A stretch of DNA of 40,862 nt from Octopus sinensis. Lineage: Eukaryota. Where the stretch lies: NCBI RefSeq assembly GCF_006345805.1, contig NW_021835308.1:1-40862 (forward strand), written 5' to 3'. The translations under genes were made by a program, and so were the position numbers. The notes under the pieces are model-generated. The model made no database searches. It had not been told where the DNA came from and saw only the letters and a list, made by a program, of their open reading frames with translations. The first letter of the stretch is position 1; each line of letters begins with the position of its first letter. Shown here piece after piece: positions 23,732 through 36,270 of the stretch.

Positions 23732-23930
23732 TGTAGGGAATTAGTAATAGTGGTAGACCCCTCCCACGTGAAGAATGGAATAACCAAGTCACTATAAGTA
23801 AAGAGAAGTATGTGAAATACGGGAGTACGAATTAGGCGGTCAGGGTTAGCCAAGTCTTTACTGGTTTTACTAAGTATACTGTAAACCGGAGTGAGCATTA
23901 TAACAATCCAGCATTTTAAGGATTATAACA
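23732..23930 (+). repeat. 5' LTR (199 bp)
   Basis: TGTAGGGAATT...GATTATAACA; ungapped match to 27163-27361 with ~30 mismatches by hand count. Confidence 0.92.
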
Positions 23931-23931
23931 G

Positions 23932-23944
23932 TGGCAACGAGGAT
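23932..23944 (+). promoter_or_regulatory. Primer-binding site, probably tRNA-Ser(GCU)
   Basis: TGGCAACGAGGAT, one mismatch from the complement of the conserved eukaryotic tRNA-Ser(GCU) 3' end ATCCTCGTCGCCA. Confidence 0.7.
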
Positions 23945-24003
23945 TGAAACAACTCATGAGGAATTAACAACTCACGATGAGTTAAACTCACAATAGTTTA
24001 TGC

Positions 24004-24420
24004 TCTTTTTACTCTTTTCTTTGTTTCAGTCATTTGACGGTGGCAATGCTGGAGCACCGCCTTTAGTCGAGCAAATCGACCCCAGGACTTATTCTTTGCA
24101 AGCCTAGCACGTATTCTATCTGTCTCTTTCGCTGAACCGCTACGTTACGGGGACGTAAACACACTAGCATCGGTTGTCAAGCGATGTTGGGGGGAGGACA
24201 AACACAGACTCACAAACGTATACACACACAAATACATATATATATATATATATGTATACGACGGGCTTCTTTCAGTTTCCGTCTACTAAATCTACTCACA
24301 AGGCTTTGGTCGGTCCGAGGCTATAGTAGAAGACACTTGCCCAAGGTGCTACGCAGTGGGACTGAACCCGGAACCATGTGGTTCGTAAGGAAGCTACTTA
24401 CCATATAGCTACTCTTCTGT
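24004..24420 (-). mobile_element. SINE family 1 inserted in the Gypsy 5' leader
   Basis: Full-length reverse-complement match to 36271-36660. Confidence 0.9.
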
Positions 24421-25839
24421 GCGAATTGTATGAAAAAAAGTCGTAAAATTATGGAAACTTTGTTGGCCGGTAGCTCGAGTTACAAAAACAGCAACAACAA
24501 CTGAAAGAACAATAGCAGCAGATTCAACTGCAAGAATAACAACAGAAACAACAAAAACAGCAACAAATAATACTACAACAACAAATGCTGCAGTTACTGA
24601 AGTCGTGAGGAAAGTCAGAAAACGTGTTCTCACCAGAATATGTTGCGAACTACAAAAAAGAGTTCAAATATGAACCTGACAAAGGAGTTACCTGTGCAGC
24701 ATACTACAGAAGATATGAGCAAATCTCCGAGAAAGAATGTAAAGATTGGGACAACGTGATGAAAACGCGCTTTATCTTGAGAAAACTAGCAGCAACAGAA
24801 TATGAACGACATAGAATTTCGTACTCCCAAGAAAACCTTCAGACCTAAACTCTAGTGTCTCGATAGACATATTGTGTAAAATTTCCAGTGAAAAAACCTG
24901 TAAGTCTCTAAATATAGAGTAAAACAACGACGAGGAATACATCACATATGATGGTAGAGTAAATAGGGAATGCGAGAAGTTTGCGTTGGACGACATTTTG
25001 AACACCAGTTTTGTTCAAATGTCTGATTTTAACATTGGCATTTACTGCCGAAAAGGACGCAGAAGGTAGAGCTAGAATTCTCGCAAAGTTGGAACACAAC
25101 CAGGATGTAACCCTACAGCAAGTGTCAGAAGAATGTGAAAGGATAGTCGAATTAAGATGAGACGCAGAGGAAATTGAACGTAAAGCTTATTTCCAAGTAA
25201 AAAAATTCCGAAGTAGTCAGAATAGAGATAAAGGGTTTTCTAAAATCCACGACAAAAGTTCGGAAACAAGCAGATGTTTTGCATGTGGAGGTATACACCA
25301 AAGGAAAAATTGTGCATTTAAGAAAGCGGAGTGCTTTTGTTGTGGTGATGTAAGACCTTGAAAGATGCACTATAGAGCGAAGATGGCAAAACGTTAGAAC
25401 AAAGGAAAAAGAACATACAGTATGTCATCGGAAGAAATTTGCAATATAACGATGAGGAAATTCGCGAAGGCGAAAATCAGAAATACAAGTGTTAAAATGC
25501 AATTGGATGCTGGTAGTAATATCACCATTATAAACGAAAAAAAAACTTGCAAATATGTCGGTAAGCCGAAATTAATTAAATCTGAAACGATAGCAGGTGG
25601 TGTTGCGGGAAAAAGATATATTTTTTTCGGTGAATTCTTATGTAATGACGCATTCCAAGGTCAAACGATAAAGACAGTATGGAATACGCTCATGAATGTT
25701 CTATGTGGAAATATAATCGATTCAGTCCAAGGTTCGAATGCCGAGGCACTGAAACAAAAAATTGCAGTAAACAGAGTGGAACGCCTGTATGTAAGCCAAA
25801 ACAAAATGAAAAATTGCTCACGACAAAAAGTGGATGGAA

Positions 25840-26220
25840 GCACTCCGTCGGTTACGACGATGAGGGTTCCGGTTGATGCGAATCAACGGAACAGCCTGCT
25901 CGTGAAATTAACATGTAAGTGGCTGAGCACTCCACAGACACGTGCACCCTTAACGTAGTTCTCGGGGATATTCAGCGTGACACAGAGAGTGACAAGGCCG
26001 GCCCCTTGAAATACAGGTACAACAGAAACAGGAAGTAAGAGTGAGAGAAAGTTGTGGTGAAAGAGTACAGCAGGGATCATCACCATCCCCTGCCGGAGCT
26101 TTGTGGAGCTTTTAGGTGTTTTCGCTCAATAAACACTCACAACACCCGGTCTGGGAATCGAAACTGCGATCCTATGACCGCGAGTTCGCTGCCCTAACCA
26201 CTGGGCCATTGCGCCTCCAC
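25840..26220 (-). mobile_element. SINE family 2 inserted in the Gypsy integrase N-terminus
   Basis: Reverse complement of the 17495-17871 family; likely 12-bp TSD acga[c/g]aaaaagt at 25820-25831 and 26222-26233. Confidence 0.9.
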
Positions 26221-27162
26221 TACGAGAAAAAGTAAACATTGTTCAAAAGTAGATGTTCCGTGGTCGAGACTACACATCGGTTTCACTGGTTCTTTAAACG
26301 GTTCTTACTACTTAGTGATAGCTGATAGTTTTTCGAAATGGCCTGAAATTTGCAAGTGAAATAAAAAATCAATCTACTCAATTGTGATAAATTTTTTACA
26401 CGAATTGTTTTCAAGATTTGACATCCCAGACAAGATAGTGTTTGACAATGGAACGCAATTTGTGTCCAGCGAATTAAAACAATTGTGAAACGTTTCCGGT
26501 AGAAAGTATAACTACAACGCCATACCATTCCAGATTTAATATTGATATCTTCACAAAAACTCATACAAAATCGAATGAAGAAATCACGGGTGAGGTAGCT
26601 CTACAAAAATTTTAGGAGTGCACTGAGTGACACCAAATCCGAATACAGCAGCAGAGCTGTTGTTTGTATGCAAAGTAGAATAAGTCTTTGATAAATTGTT
26701 ACCTGGCAAGAAAAGAAAAAAGTACCAGGGAAGACATAGCAAGATTATTTAAAGTTGGTGAAAACGGATATGTGAAGGTATACAAGAATGGAAAGCAGAG
26801 TTGGGAAGATAGCGTAATTCCCAAATACATAGGTAAAATGATGTATTGGGTAAAAAGTAGGAAAGACATACATAAGTGACACAGGAACGAACTGGAAAAG
26901 TGATTCGTGAAAAGAGTATAAAAGAATTTGGAGAAACTAATGGAATGGTTGTATGATACGTTCCAAGAACCAACGCTACTTCAGGTGATTGAACCCAAGT
27001 ATACAAGTGAGAGGAAAAGAAAACATACAGACTTCCTGGAAATAGATGTCAAGCGCAACAAGTATTAAATTGTACGAAAAAACAACCAAAGTGGGAGGTG
27101 GGGTGAATAAAAAATTATTGCTAAATGAAATGACACTTCCTAAGAAAAACTTAAAAAGGAAA

Positions 27163-27361
27163 TGTAGGGAATTGGTAATAATGGTACACCCCTCCCACGT
27201 GATGAATGGGATAACCTAGTCACTATAAGTAAAGAGAAGTGCGTGAAGTACCGGAGTACGTAGTTGGCGGTCATAGATAGTCGTGTCTTTACTGGTTTTA
27301 ATAAGTATACTGTATTCCGAAGTTGGGGCTATAACAATACAACATTTTAAGGATTATAACA
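27163..27361 (+). repeat. 3' LTR (199 bp)
   Basis: TG..CA, preceded by purine-rich ttaaaaaggaaa. Confidence 0.92.
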
Positions 27362-28187
27362 CTACTCCGCACTGGTCCTAAGAACATCACCTTGCCTGCA
27401 GAGAGTTGGACACGAGCCTTCTTTGGAGATGGTGAGTTATCATGCTTCCATTGTTTCGACAGGACTTTAGTCTCTGGATCATAGTGATGACCCCATGTTT
27501 CGTCCTGTATCAGTCGAAAAAGTCCACCTCGTTTTCTTAGCTCATTGTGAAAAAAGCCTGGCAGCAATTGACTCGTTCCTGCTTCTGAAATGGTGTAAGC
27601 ATCCGAGGAATCCATCGTGAAGACAACTTCCGCATGTGCAAATGGTCGTGAATGATTTTTTCCACAACCCTACACTTATCTTCACGTCTTGTGCTAGTTG
27701 CCGAATACTGTTATGCGGCGATCCTCCAAAGTGTCTTCATCAACGGCGGAATGTGGTCGTCCAACCACATTTGAAATGCGATACCAGTGTTGGGCCTTGT
27801 CGTATTTGGTGCATTGTTATCATAAACTTCTTTCATCTCATCGAAAGTCTCTTTTGATGTACAGCCCTTCAAGTACAAGAACCTGGTCACTGATTTGCAT
27901 TCAACTGATCTCCATTATAACACCTTAGTCCACTTCAGCAGTCGAAAAGACAAACGAAAACTAGTGGAAAGCTGCAATTTACAATGTGACATGTAAAGAC
28001 ATGTATGATTATTCCTGCTCAAGTTCCGTTTCCTACAACAACCGGAAGTGGTTCGGGGGATATCTTTAATGAACATCCCTCATATATAAAGATTTCAAAA
28101 GTTTCACTTCTATGGAAATGGTAAAATAATGCTTAAATTATATTTTTCTCTTCGGTGTTGATGAATTGGCTAGTCCTAGCAGGTCAT

Positions 28188-28223
<36 letters not shown>

Positions 28224-28593
28224 ATTCTCTCAATCTCTTTGTCTTTGAGTCTGTCTCCCCCCCCCCCACTCTCTCTGTCTACATATACATGCACATGTAC
28301 AAACATACACATGCATCCTGTCCTCAAGTGATTCTTGGCTCGGTTAGTCTGTTTTGTAAATAAAACATATTCCAAGTTGTAAGTAGCCGTTGAGATGCAA
28401 AGGAGAAACTCTGCCTTCAAAGACGTTGAGTACTCTATTGATTTGCCACCACTTTAGCAACATGACAGCTAATACCTTTCTTTCTCTCTTTCTCTCTCTA
28501 TCTATCTATTTATCTATCTATCAATCTATCTATCTATCTAAATATATTTATATATAAATATATATATATATATGAATATTTATAAATAAGTGA

Positions 28594-28642
<49 letters not shown>

Positions 28643-28989
28643 ACTATAATTTAAACAAACCTCTTTACTGCTACTAAAGGAAGTTATACCTTAGGGTACA
28701 TCTGTCAGTTGTCGATATAAAACACTTGTTTCTTTCTCACTAAATGTTTGAAAAGAGATGGAGTTTTCTTTGCTTGTGAAATGACTGCTTCAGGAAGTAA
28801 TACCTCGTTTAACTGGTTCTCTTTGAGGGTAGACTATACGCTATCACATTTGGAAGAACATCAGTGTAGATATATACATATGTGGAATAGAGTCGCAGGT
28901 GCCAAGATCGGTAGGCCACAATATTGAATTTATAGACTTATGGATGTGTGATAGCAGGGCTTTACGCATTGTGGTGGGTTAAAGAAGTC

Positions 28990-29760
28990 TATCCTCAGAG
29001 TTAATTTTACTTGATGTACGTCGGATGTGATGGAAATATCCTCCTTATGAATAGCTGAGCAAATAACAGTCTAGACCGCTGTAGTTTTAAAAAAAATTTG
29101 TTTCCAATGCTTTCTTGTTTGAAGCATTTGCTTCATACGATGGGGGTTTTCACGCTGTCTGGCAATTAGGGCAACTACATTGCAAGTTCCATGTGTTTTT
29201 AGCAGGGTGTTATTTGCAAGTGTCTTAATTTAATGTATGTCTAGAAAATACAAGAGGATTCAATGCCATTCCATACCAAATTGAATACTGTTGTTTTTTT
29301 ACTTCCAAAAGGGAGGACAGAATGGGAACGCAGGCATGTAAAAAAAAAAAGGAGTGAAAATACCCAGACTTATACATGATGCTAATGATTGACTGAAAAT
29401 TGCAGCAGATTTGAAAAAATAAATAACGTTTATGTTTCCAGGCTATATTACAGTAACGTAGTAACACGGATTATAAGACATATAGGATAATGTGAAAGAC
29501 ACGCAAGAAAGAAAGAGCCTTAAACACGATAGAGTTTACTTGACGTACAGCGGATGTGATGGAAATTTCCTCATTAGGAAAACTGCGGTAGTTCTTTTTA
29601 AAACTTTATCCAATGCATTCTTGTCTGAAATAGTTCTTTCATACAATGGGGATTTTGACGCTGTCAAATTAGGGCAACCACATTGCAACTACCTTGTGTT
29701 TTTAACAGGGTGATATTTGCAAGTGTCTCAATTCAATGTATGTCTGGAAAATTCACTATT
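28990..29760. repeat. Unclassified decayed interspersed repeat with internal duplication
   Basis: ~29005-29250 is repeated at ~29530-29750; ~29250-29525 matches the reverse complement of ~33520-33790. Confidence 0.7.
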
Positions 29761-30024
29761 TTGATGTTTGAACTGGCTTTGATATTTTATGTCAAAATCT
29801 TTGAATACTTTAACAAGAGTTATTATTTGTTTGTAATTTATTCAGCTTACAAAATTTTAAGAGATATTAATTGGAGAATAATTCTCCGTTGTTAAATCTA
29901 ATGTGAGTCTGGTGTTGTATGTATAAACAAACTAGCACATATATTTCAGCCGTGTCACATTTCCATACACTCTCTCTTGTACTTTCTCTTATTCTCTCTC
30001 CTCCCTCTCTTGATATATATATAA

Positions 30025-30110
30025 AGGGAAAGTTTACGAAAATAAATAAAAGACGAAGGCAGGTGGAGCATAAACAAACAAATCTATTAGTATAGCGCTC
30101 AGAAATAGAA
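30025..30110 (-). mobile_element. Fragment of short HHR-bearing PLE-type repeat family
   Basis: gggaaagtttacgaaaa..aaacaaa..tattagtatagcgctcagaaatagaaa matches 37592-37678. Confidence 0.6.
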
Positions 30111-30161
<51 letters not shown>

Positions 30162-30246
30162 GTAGGTCCCGGGTGATTCGGGGTTAACCACAGTAAATAA
30201 GGTGCTCAATACATAGCAGAGTAAAATTAATTTATTATATAGAAGG

Positions 30247-30297
30247 AGCTTCTACAGGACTAGAACTGTTTCATTCAAGAGAAATCTTCAGGAAGCT
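30247..30297 (-). ncRNA. Type I hammerhead ribozyme motif (left arm)
   Basis: AGCUUC-CUGAAGA-uUUC(ucuu)GAAu-GAAACAG(uucuaguc)CUG-UA-GAAGCU: 6-bp stem I, 3-bp stem II with a U.U base, 4-bp stem III, GUA triplet. Confidence 0.7.
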
Positions 30298-31786
30298 AGT
30301 TAACAAGAATTGTATTGGCATTTATACATTTAGGCAGGTTTAACGGGGTGTTGGTGGGGGACATTTTTGGGGGTAGGCATAGCGCAAAATATCATACTTG
30401 GGGGAGTGGTCAAGGAGTCAGTGTTAAATTAGATAGAAGAATAAATAAAAAAAATAAAATAAAAATAAAAAAATAAAAAAATAAAATAAAAAAATAAAAA
30501 AACCCTATATATAAAAAAAACCTATATATAAAAAAAGGGGGAATAGAGTTTTAGGTAAATAAGGAGATTCTCACTTACACCTATGCACACATGTATACAT
30601 ACATACACACACATACAAACATATATACATATACATACACACATACACACACATATATATACATATATATACACTTACACATACACATACATATACATAT
30701 CTACACATACACATATATGTATACATACACACACTCACATGCATACACGTATACACACATGTATATATACACACACGACCTCACATACATATACGCACAG
30801 AAAAATATATATACACACATACACACACATACTCACATACACGCATACACACACATATCCACACACACACATGCACACACAGCACACTAGTCCCTATATA
30901 CACATATATACACATACACACACATATACACACACATACATACATATACATACATGTATACATATACATATGTGTACCTATGCAAACCTACACATACACA
31001 CATATATATACGCATACAAATACAGACCCATTCCCTAATTTTAATTTTATTATCTTCGTTTATTACTTATGTTATCTTTGGCCGCTTGGTCACAAACATC
31101 TTGGCTATGACAGCCAGTCCATTTATCTGTCTACTGGAAAACAAGCACTCATTCACTCACGCACACTCTTTAGCACGTACTCTCACTCATTCGTACACTC
31201 ATACACATACACGCACGCACGCGTTATATTCATACATACATCCATCTACATACATTCACGTATATACACATACGTACGCGTACCTACAGATTTATGTCTA
31301 CACTCTTAGAAGGCTAGTCTATATATATACACCAATAAATATAAATACACACACATACATATACACCTACATACAAATACATACATGTATATATATATAT
31401 ATATATTCACATATAAATATACACATATATACACACACACACATATACACACACATACGCATACACACACATATACATATATATACACTACACGCACATA
31501 CACATGTACATGCGTACCCATACACACACACACACACGCGCGCATCCATATATACAGATAAGTACACACATGCGTAAAAGTATACATATATCTATGCTTA
31601 CACATACACACACACACACGCGCCTCCTTATATTCATACTTACATGCATACTCAAAAAATAAGTAAATAGTAAAATATATATACGCGCAGTTATTCGTAC
31701 ATGCATACTCAAAATATAAATAATAAATATTAAGTATATGTACGTGCAGTTACCTATTATATAGACGGATACATACATATAAACTT

Positions 31787-31847
<61 letters not shown>

Positions 31848-32093
31848 ACATACATATATACACATACACATACACATACATATATACATACATATATATA
31901 TACACACACACACATACACATACATATATACATATATATACATACTTACACACATGTACATATAAATACACACATAGATAACTCTACGTACCTACATATG
32001 CATAAACACACGGGCGTACGCGCATATGTACATATACACATACACATACACACGCATATATATACATACATACATACACATACACACATGTAT

Positions 32094-32144
<51 letters not shown>

Positions 32145-32582
32145 CATATACACACATATATATATATATAACATATACATATACATATATATATATACAT
32201 ACACACACATACATACACATATATATACACACACACACACATACATACACACATACATACACATATACATACATATACACACACATATACACATATACAT
32301 ATACATATACACATACACACACATATATACATGTGTGCAAACATACATACATTCTCATACAAGCAGACACACTTACATTTACATATATACACACACTTAC
32401 ACACATATATACATACACATATACATACATACATACATACATACGTATATGCATACATACACACACGCACATACATATATATATATACATACATACATAC
32501 ACATACACATACCCATACATATATATACACACATATACATGTACACATGCACATACTTATATCTCTACATACTCGCATATAC

Positions 32583-32636
<54 letters not shown>

Positions 32637-32850
32637 CATATACACACACATACATATACCTATATACATGTATATATACACACACACACATATATACACA
32701 TCTACAATTTGTATCTACACTCACATACCTGCACATACACATAACTCTACATACCTACATATACATCGACATACTCGCGTACACTCATATATGTACACAT
32801 ATATACATATACACACAAATGTATAAATGCCAATACAATTCTTGTTAACT

Positions 32851-32901
32851 AGCTTCCTGAAGATTTCTCTTGAATGAAACAGTTCTAGTCCTGTAGAAGC
32901 T
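32851..32901 (+). ncRNA. Type I hammerhead ribozyme motif (right arm)
   Basis: Identical to the left arm; predicted cleavage 3' of A32895. Confidence 0.7.
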
Positions 32902-32916
32902 CCTTCTATATAATAA

Positions 32917-32947
<31 letters not shown>

Positions 32948-32952
32948 TATAT

Positions 32953-33019
<67 letters not shown>

Positions 33020-33023
<4 letters not shown>

Positions 33024-33165
33024 ACCGCTAACTCCACCAGTATTTTCATTCTCTCTCTCTGTTTATTTCCTCGTGTTCCTTTCTGTTGGCTCGCAACGTA
33101 AAAGACTTTCTCACCTTCCTTAGCGTCAAACTAATACACCTGCTTGTTGTTTATACAGCTATTTT
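33020..33165 (+). mobile_element. Short PLE-type repeat with deleted hammerhead
   Basis: ttt-ctgttg-gctc-gcaac-gta-aaag (33080-33104) followed by tagcgtcaaactaatacacctgcttgttg, related to the reverse complement of 37590-37770. Confidence 0.5.
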
Positions 33166-33519
33166 CGATTTTTGTTGTTTTTCTGTAAATTTCAACTATA
33201 TATATATATATATGTATGTATACTGATATATTTCACCAGATATACACTCTTTTTCTCGTTACTTCCTGAATATTTATTGTTTGACCTCAGTTTTGATCTT
33301 TCTATCTCATACCTCCGCCATCTTAGTGAAGGATTCTCTATTTTCTTCTGCAGTTCCTCAAACCACTGTATTTCTGCCGTTCTTAAAGTTCAGTACCAGT
33401 AATCTTGAACATTGGGAATTTCACAAGAAAATGACGACATCCTACCTCATCTCTACAAGGGGCACCATTTACGACTTGCATTATCGTAGCCTACGTCCCA
33501 ACCTTAACCCTTTCATGTT

Positions 33520-33800
33520 TAAGGCTCTTTCCTTCTTGCGTGTATGCCATATTATCCCATATTCCTTATAATTAGTTTTTCTACAATATTGTAATATAGC
33601 CCAGAAACAAGCGTCTTTTTCTCCTTCAAATCTGCTACAACTTTCAGTCATTCCTTATTATCATGTATATATCTGGGTATTATCTCTCCTTTTTGTTACA
33701 TGCATGCGTTCCCATTCCATCTTCTCTTTTGAAAAAGCAACACTTAAGAATTTGGTGTGGAATGGCATTGAATCTCTTGTATTTGTGTTTTAGTAGTTCA
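33520..33800 (-). repeat. Second, inverted copy of the unclassified 29-kb repeat
   Basis: Shared blocks tacaagag(g)attcaatgccattcca, aatgggaacgca, atacccaga, gtagcagatttgaa, ggctatattaca, acacgcaagaa.gaaagagccttaaaca. Confidence 0.7.
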
Positions 33801-34988
33801 GCCTGAATGTTCAATACTTGTTCATATTATCCGGAATATTTTGCCATGGATGACTTCATAATGCTAGAATATTCTGTAAAGGATGCATAGCTTCCGATTT
33901 AAAGGTAATCAGCATTTCACTCCATCTTCCGAGGAGAATCGCTGCTTGGCTGGTTCTGTTTTCTGCGAAACAGGTTTATTTTCTCAACTGTGTCCCAGAC
34001 CATACGCGCTGGTTCCCAAACCCTACTGTTTTGTCGCACGTTTCTCTTCTTCAACATGGCGAATTTGTTTGGTTGCAATATTTCGCACCGTTTTGTTATT
34101 CTGGTGACATATTCATTTATTCTTGCGTCATCCAGTCTCAACATCATCTCCATCGTTTCAAGTGTGTTATTTTGGTAACTCAACAGATTTCCATAACTCC
34201 ATTTCACTGGAACATTGAAACCTCCTATCTCACTTCTTCAATTCTACCACAATTGTTAGAATAATTCTAATTCTCGATATCTTGAACTACCCTACCTCAG
34301 CTGTCATTGATAATATCTGTCTCAATTTGAAAACGATCTCTATCGACATAATTTACGGGCATTGCATGCATACGGCCAAGGCTCTTAAATTCGCAAGCTC
34401 TAACTCATGAAATCAGCTTACCATCAATTTTAAAACATATTTATTTAACCTGATCTTGAATTATGGACAGATTACGATATATTTAGCGTTAGTATGCATC
34501 AACATTGCTGGCAAAGTGCATATAATAGAACTAGTGAAGTTTTAGTTTCTGTCTTTGATTCTGTAATAGCGATGCTGACATAACAAATTCGCGACAATGA
34601 TAGTAACATATATCACCTATTCTTTATTCTTTTTGAACATTTTTAAAAGAGTATTTTTATGAATGGTAACTCCATAAACACTCAAAGCGATGATAGAAAT
34701 GATTAGCTTTGTATTTTATTACTCATGGAAATTCGTATGTCAACATAGCGAGAGTAAAAAAGTACTTATTAAATATTATATAAATCACCTCTCTATACAC
34801 ATTTAATCATAACTGTGTTAAGCTGTGTGTAATGTATGCATGTTTGTATGAATGTCTGTTATTCAATTTTATTTCAAGATACCTTGCCAATAGAGAAAGA
34901 GCCGGTATCTAATCTAGATCCAAGGCTCCTTCATTGAAATTTCAACATCAACAACAGGGTATTTTGTTTGCGTGTATATATGATTGAT

Positions 34989-35035
34989 TCTAGTTTCAGC
35001 TCACGAGCTGTGGCCATGCTGGGGCACCGCCATTT
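34989..35035 (-). mobile_element. Isolated 3' tail of the CR1-like LINE (or a related SINE)
   Basis: Reverse complement ggcggtgccccagcatggccacagctcgtgagctgaaactag matches 38072-38113. Confidence 0.65.
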
Positions 35036-35039
35036 GGTG

Positions 35040-35492
35040 TTGCTACATGGTTTTACTTCACGAATGCTTTTTAGCAACTGCCATTTGGTGCATGAGAGAG
35101 TTCGATACATATAAGTGCAGGTTTGTATGTTTTGTTTTATGTATGTATTTTCATGCGTATAGATGTGTATCTAGACATGCTCATATATACTTAAACGATA
35201 AACGTCTGGAAAGTTTTGCAGATTTTTACAGTTCCAGAAATGGATCGGATCTGTAGACTTCGAATCAGCCTTCTCCTTTTGGTTTTGAGAAGCCCAAGGT
35301 CTCAAGATTGGTGTTTAGGAAGTGTGTTACATATCCTAGTGCCACAATAAAAGTAGGTATAAACCTGAACTTATAATAACCTGGACTGATTAACAACAGA
35401 TTTCTCGATACTTCACCGTAGCTATTTTGTTTTTCACTGATCTTCAGCCTTATGTTAACATCGTCTGGGCAGCTGATTCGACAACTGTACAC
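35040..35492 (-). mobile_element. RLE-type (R4/Dong-like) non-LTR retrotransposon 3' fragment
   Basis: ISCPDDVNIRLKISEKQNSYGEVSRNL..FIPTFIVALGYV..LETLGF then LIRSLQIRSISGTVKICKTF: typical restriction-like endonuclease C-terminus. Confidence 0.7.
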
Positions 35493-35700
35493 ATGTATGT
35501 ATGTATGTATGTATGTATGTATGTATGTATGTATGTATGTATGTATGTATGTATGTATGTATGCATGTATGTATGTCTGTATGTATGTATGTATGTACGT
35601 ACGTACCTACGCACGTACGTAGTATGTATGTATGTATGTATGTATGTATGTATGTATGTATGTATGTATGTGTGTGTGTGGTATGTATGTATGTATATAT
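35493..35700. repeat. (TATG)n microsatellite
   Basis: Directly visible. Confidence 0.95.
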
Positions 35701-35879
35701 GTATACAATTTGATGCACAATGTGTGATATATGAATCTAACGGTTTATTGTGTTTCCACGACACCTAACTAATAGCAGCTGGTTCTTAAGTACAGAACAT
35801 ATAAAATGATATATATCTCTCGCTGGATGGAGTACTTTTTGTTGATTCAGTGAATAATAACGGAACAGAAAACCACACA

Positions 35880-36196
35880 CATACACACATGTACATATAT
35901 ATATATATATGTATTATATATATATATATTATAATATATATATATATATAATATATATATATATAATATACATATATATATATATGTGTATATATATATG
36001 TGTATATATATATATATGTATGTATATATATATATGTGTATGTATGTATATATATATATATATGTATGTATATATATATATATATGTAAGTATATATATA
36101 TATATGTATGTATATATATATATATATATATGTAAGTATATATATATTATATGTATGTATGTATTATTATATATATATGTATATATATATATATAC

Positions 36197-36250
<54 letters not shown>

Positions 36251-36262
36251 ATATATATATAT
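35880..36262. repeat. Degenerate (TA)n tract
   Basis: Directly visible. Confidence 0.95.
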
Positions 36263-36270
36263 AGATCCAA

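Larger units (their letters stand above)
23732..27361 (+). mobile_element. Ty3/Gypsy (Mag-like) LTR retrotransposon, internally deleted and decayed
   Basis: Paired 199-bp TG..CA LTRs, PBS, purine tract before the 3' LTR; gag FKYEPDKGVTCAAYYRRYE, CCHC CFACGGIHQRKNC (25275), protease QLDAGSNITII (25500), integrase PWSRLHIGFTG..DSFSKWPE..DNGTQFVS (from 26258). Confidence 0.92.
23496..28082 (-). mobile_element. Tc1/mariner DNA transposon relic split by the LTR element (parts 23496-23731 and 27362-28082)
   Basis: Right part: EDRRI..RQLAQDVKISVG..HMRKLSSRWIPRMLT and QDETWGHHYDPETK..SKQWKH..SPKKARVQLSAGKVM; left part: MDFLANDTTI..QDNTPVH..PHPSNSPDLSTS (YSPDLAPSD-like); TIR-like end TA-tgagggatgttcattaaag at ~28060-28084. 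Confidence 0.9.
30165..32918 (-). mobile_element. Young non-autonomous Penelope-type element with inverted hammerhead-bearing arms and a CA/TA-repeat body
   Basis: 30230-30331 is the exact reverse complement of 32817-32918 (102/102); both ends sit in (AT)n tracts; no coding capacity. Confidence 0.7.

Noticed and set aside
23727-27366. Clean target-site duplication for the Gypsy element
   Set aside because: The flanks read tttct and ctact; only a degraded match can be argued, so it is not reported as a feature.
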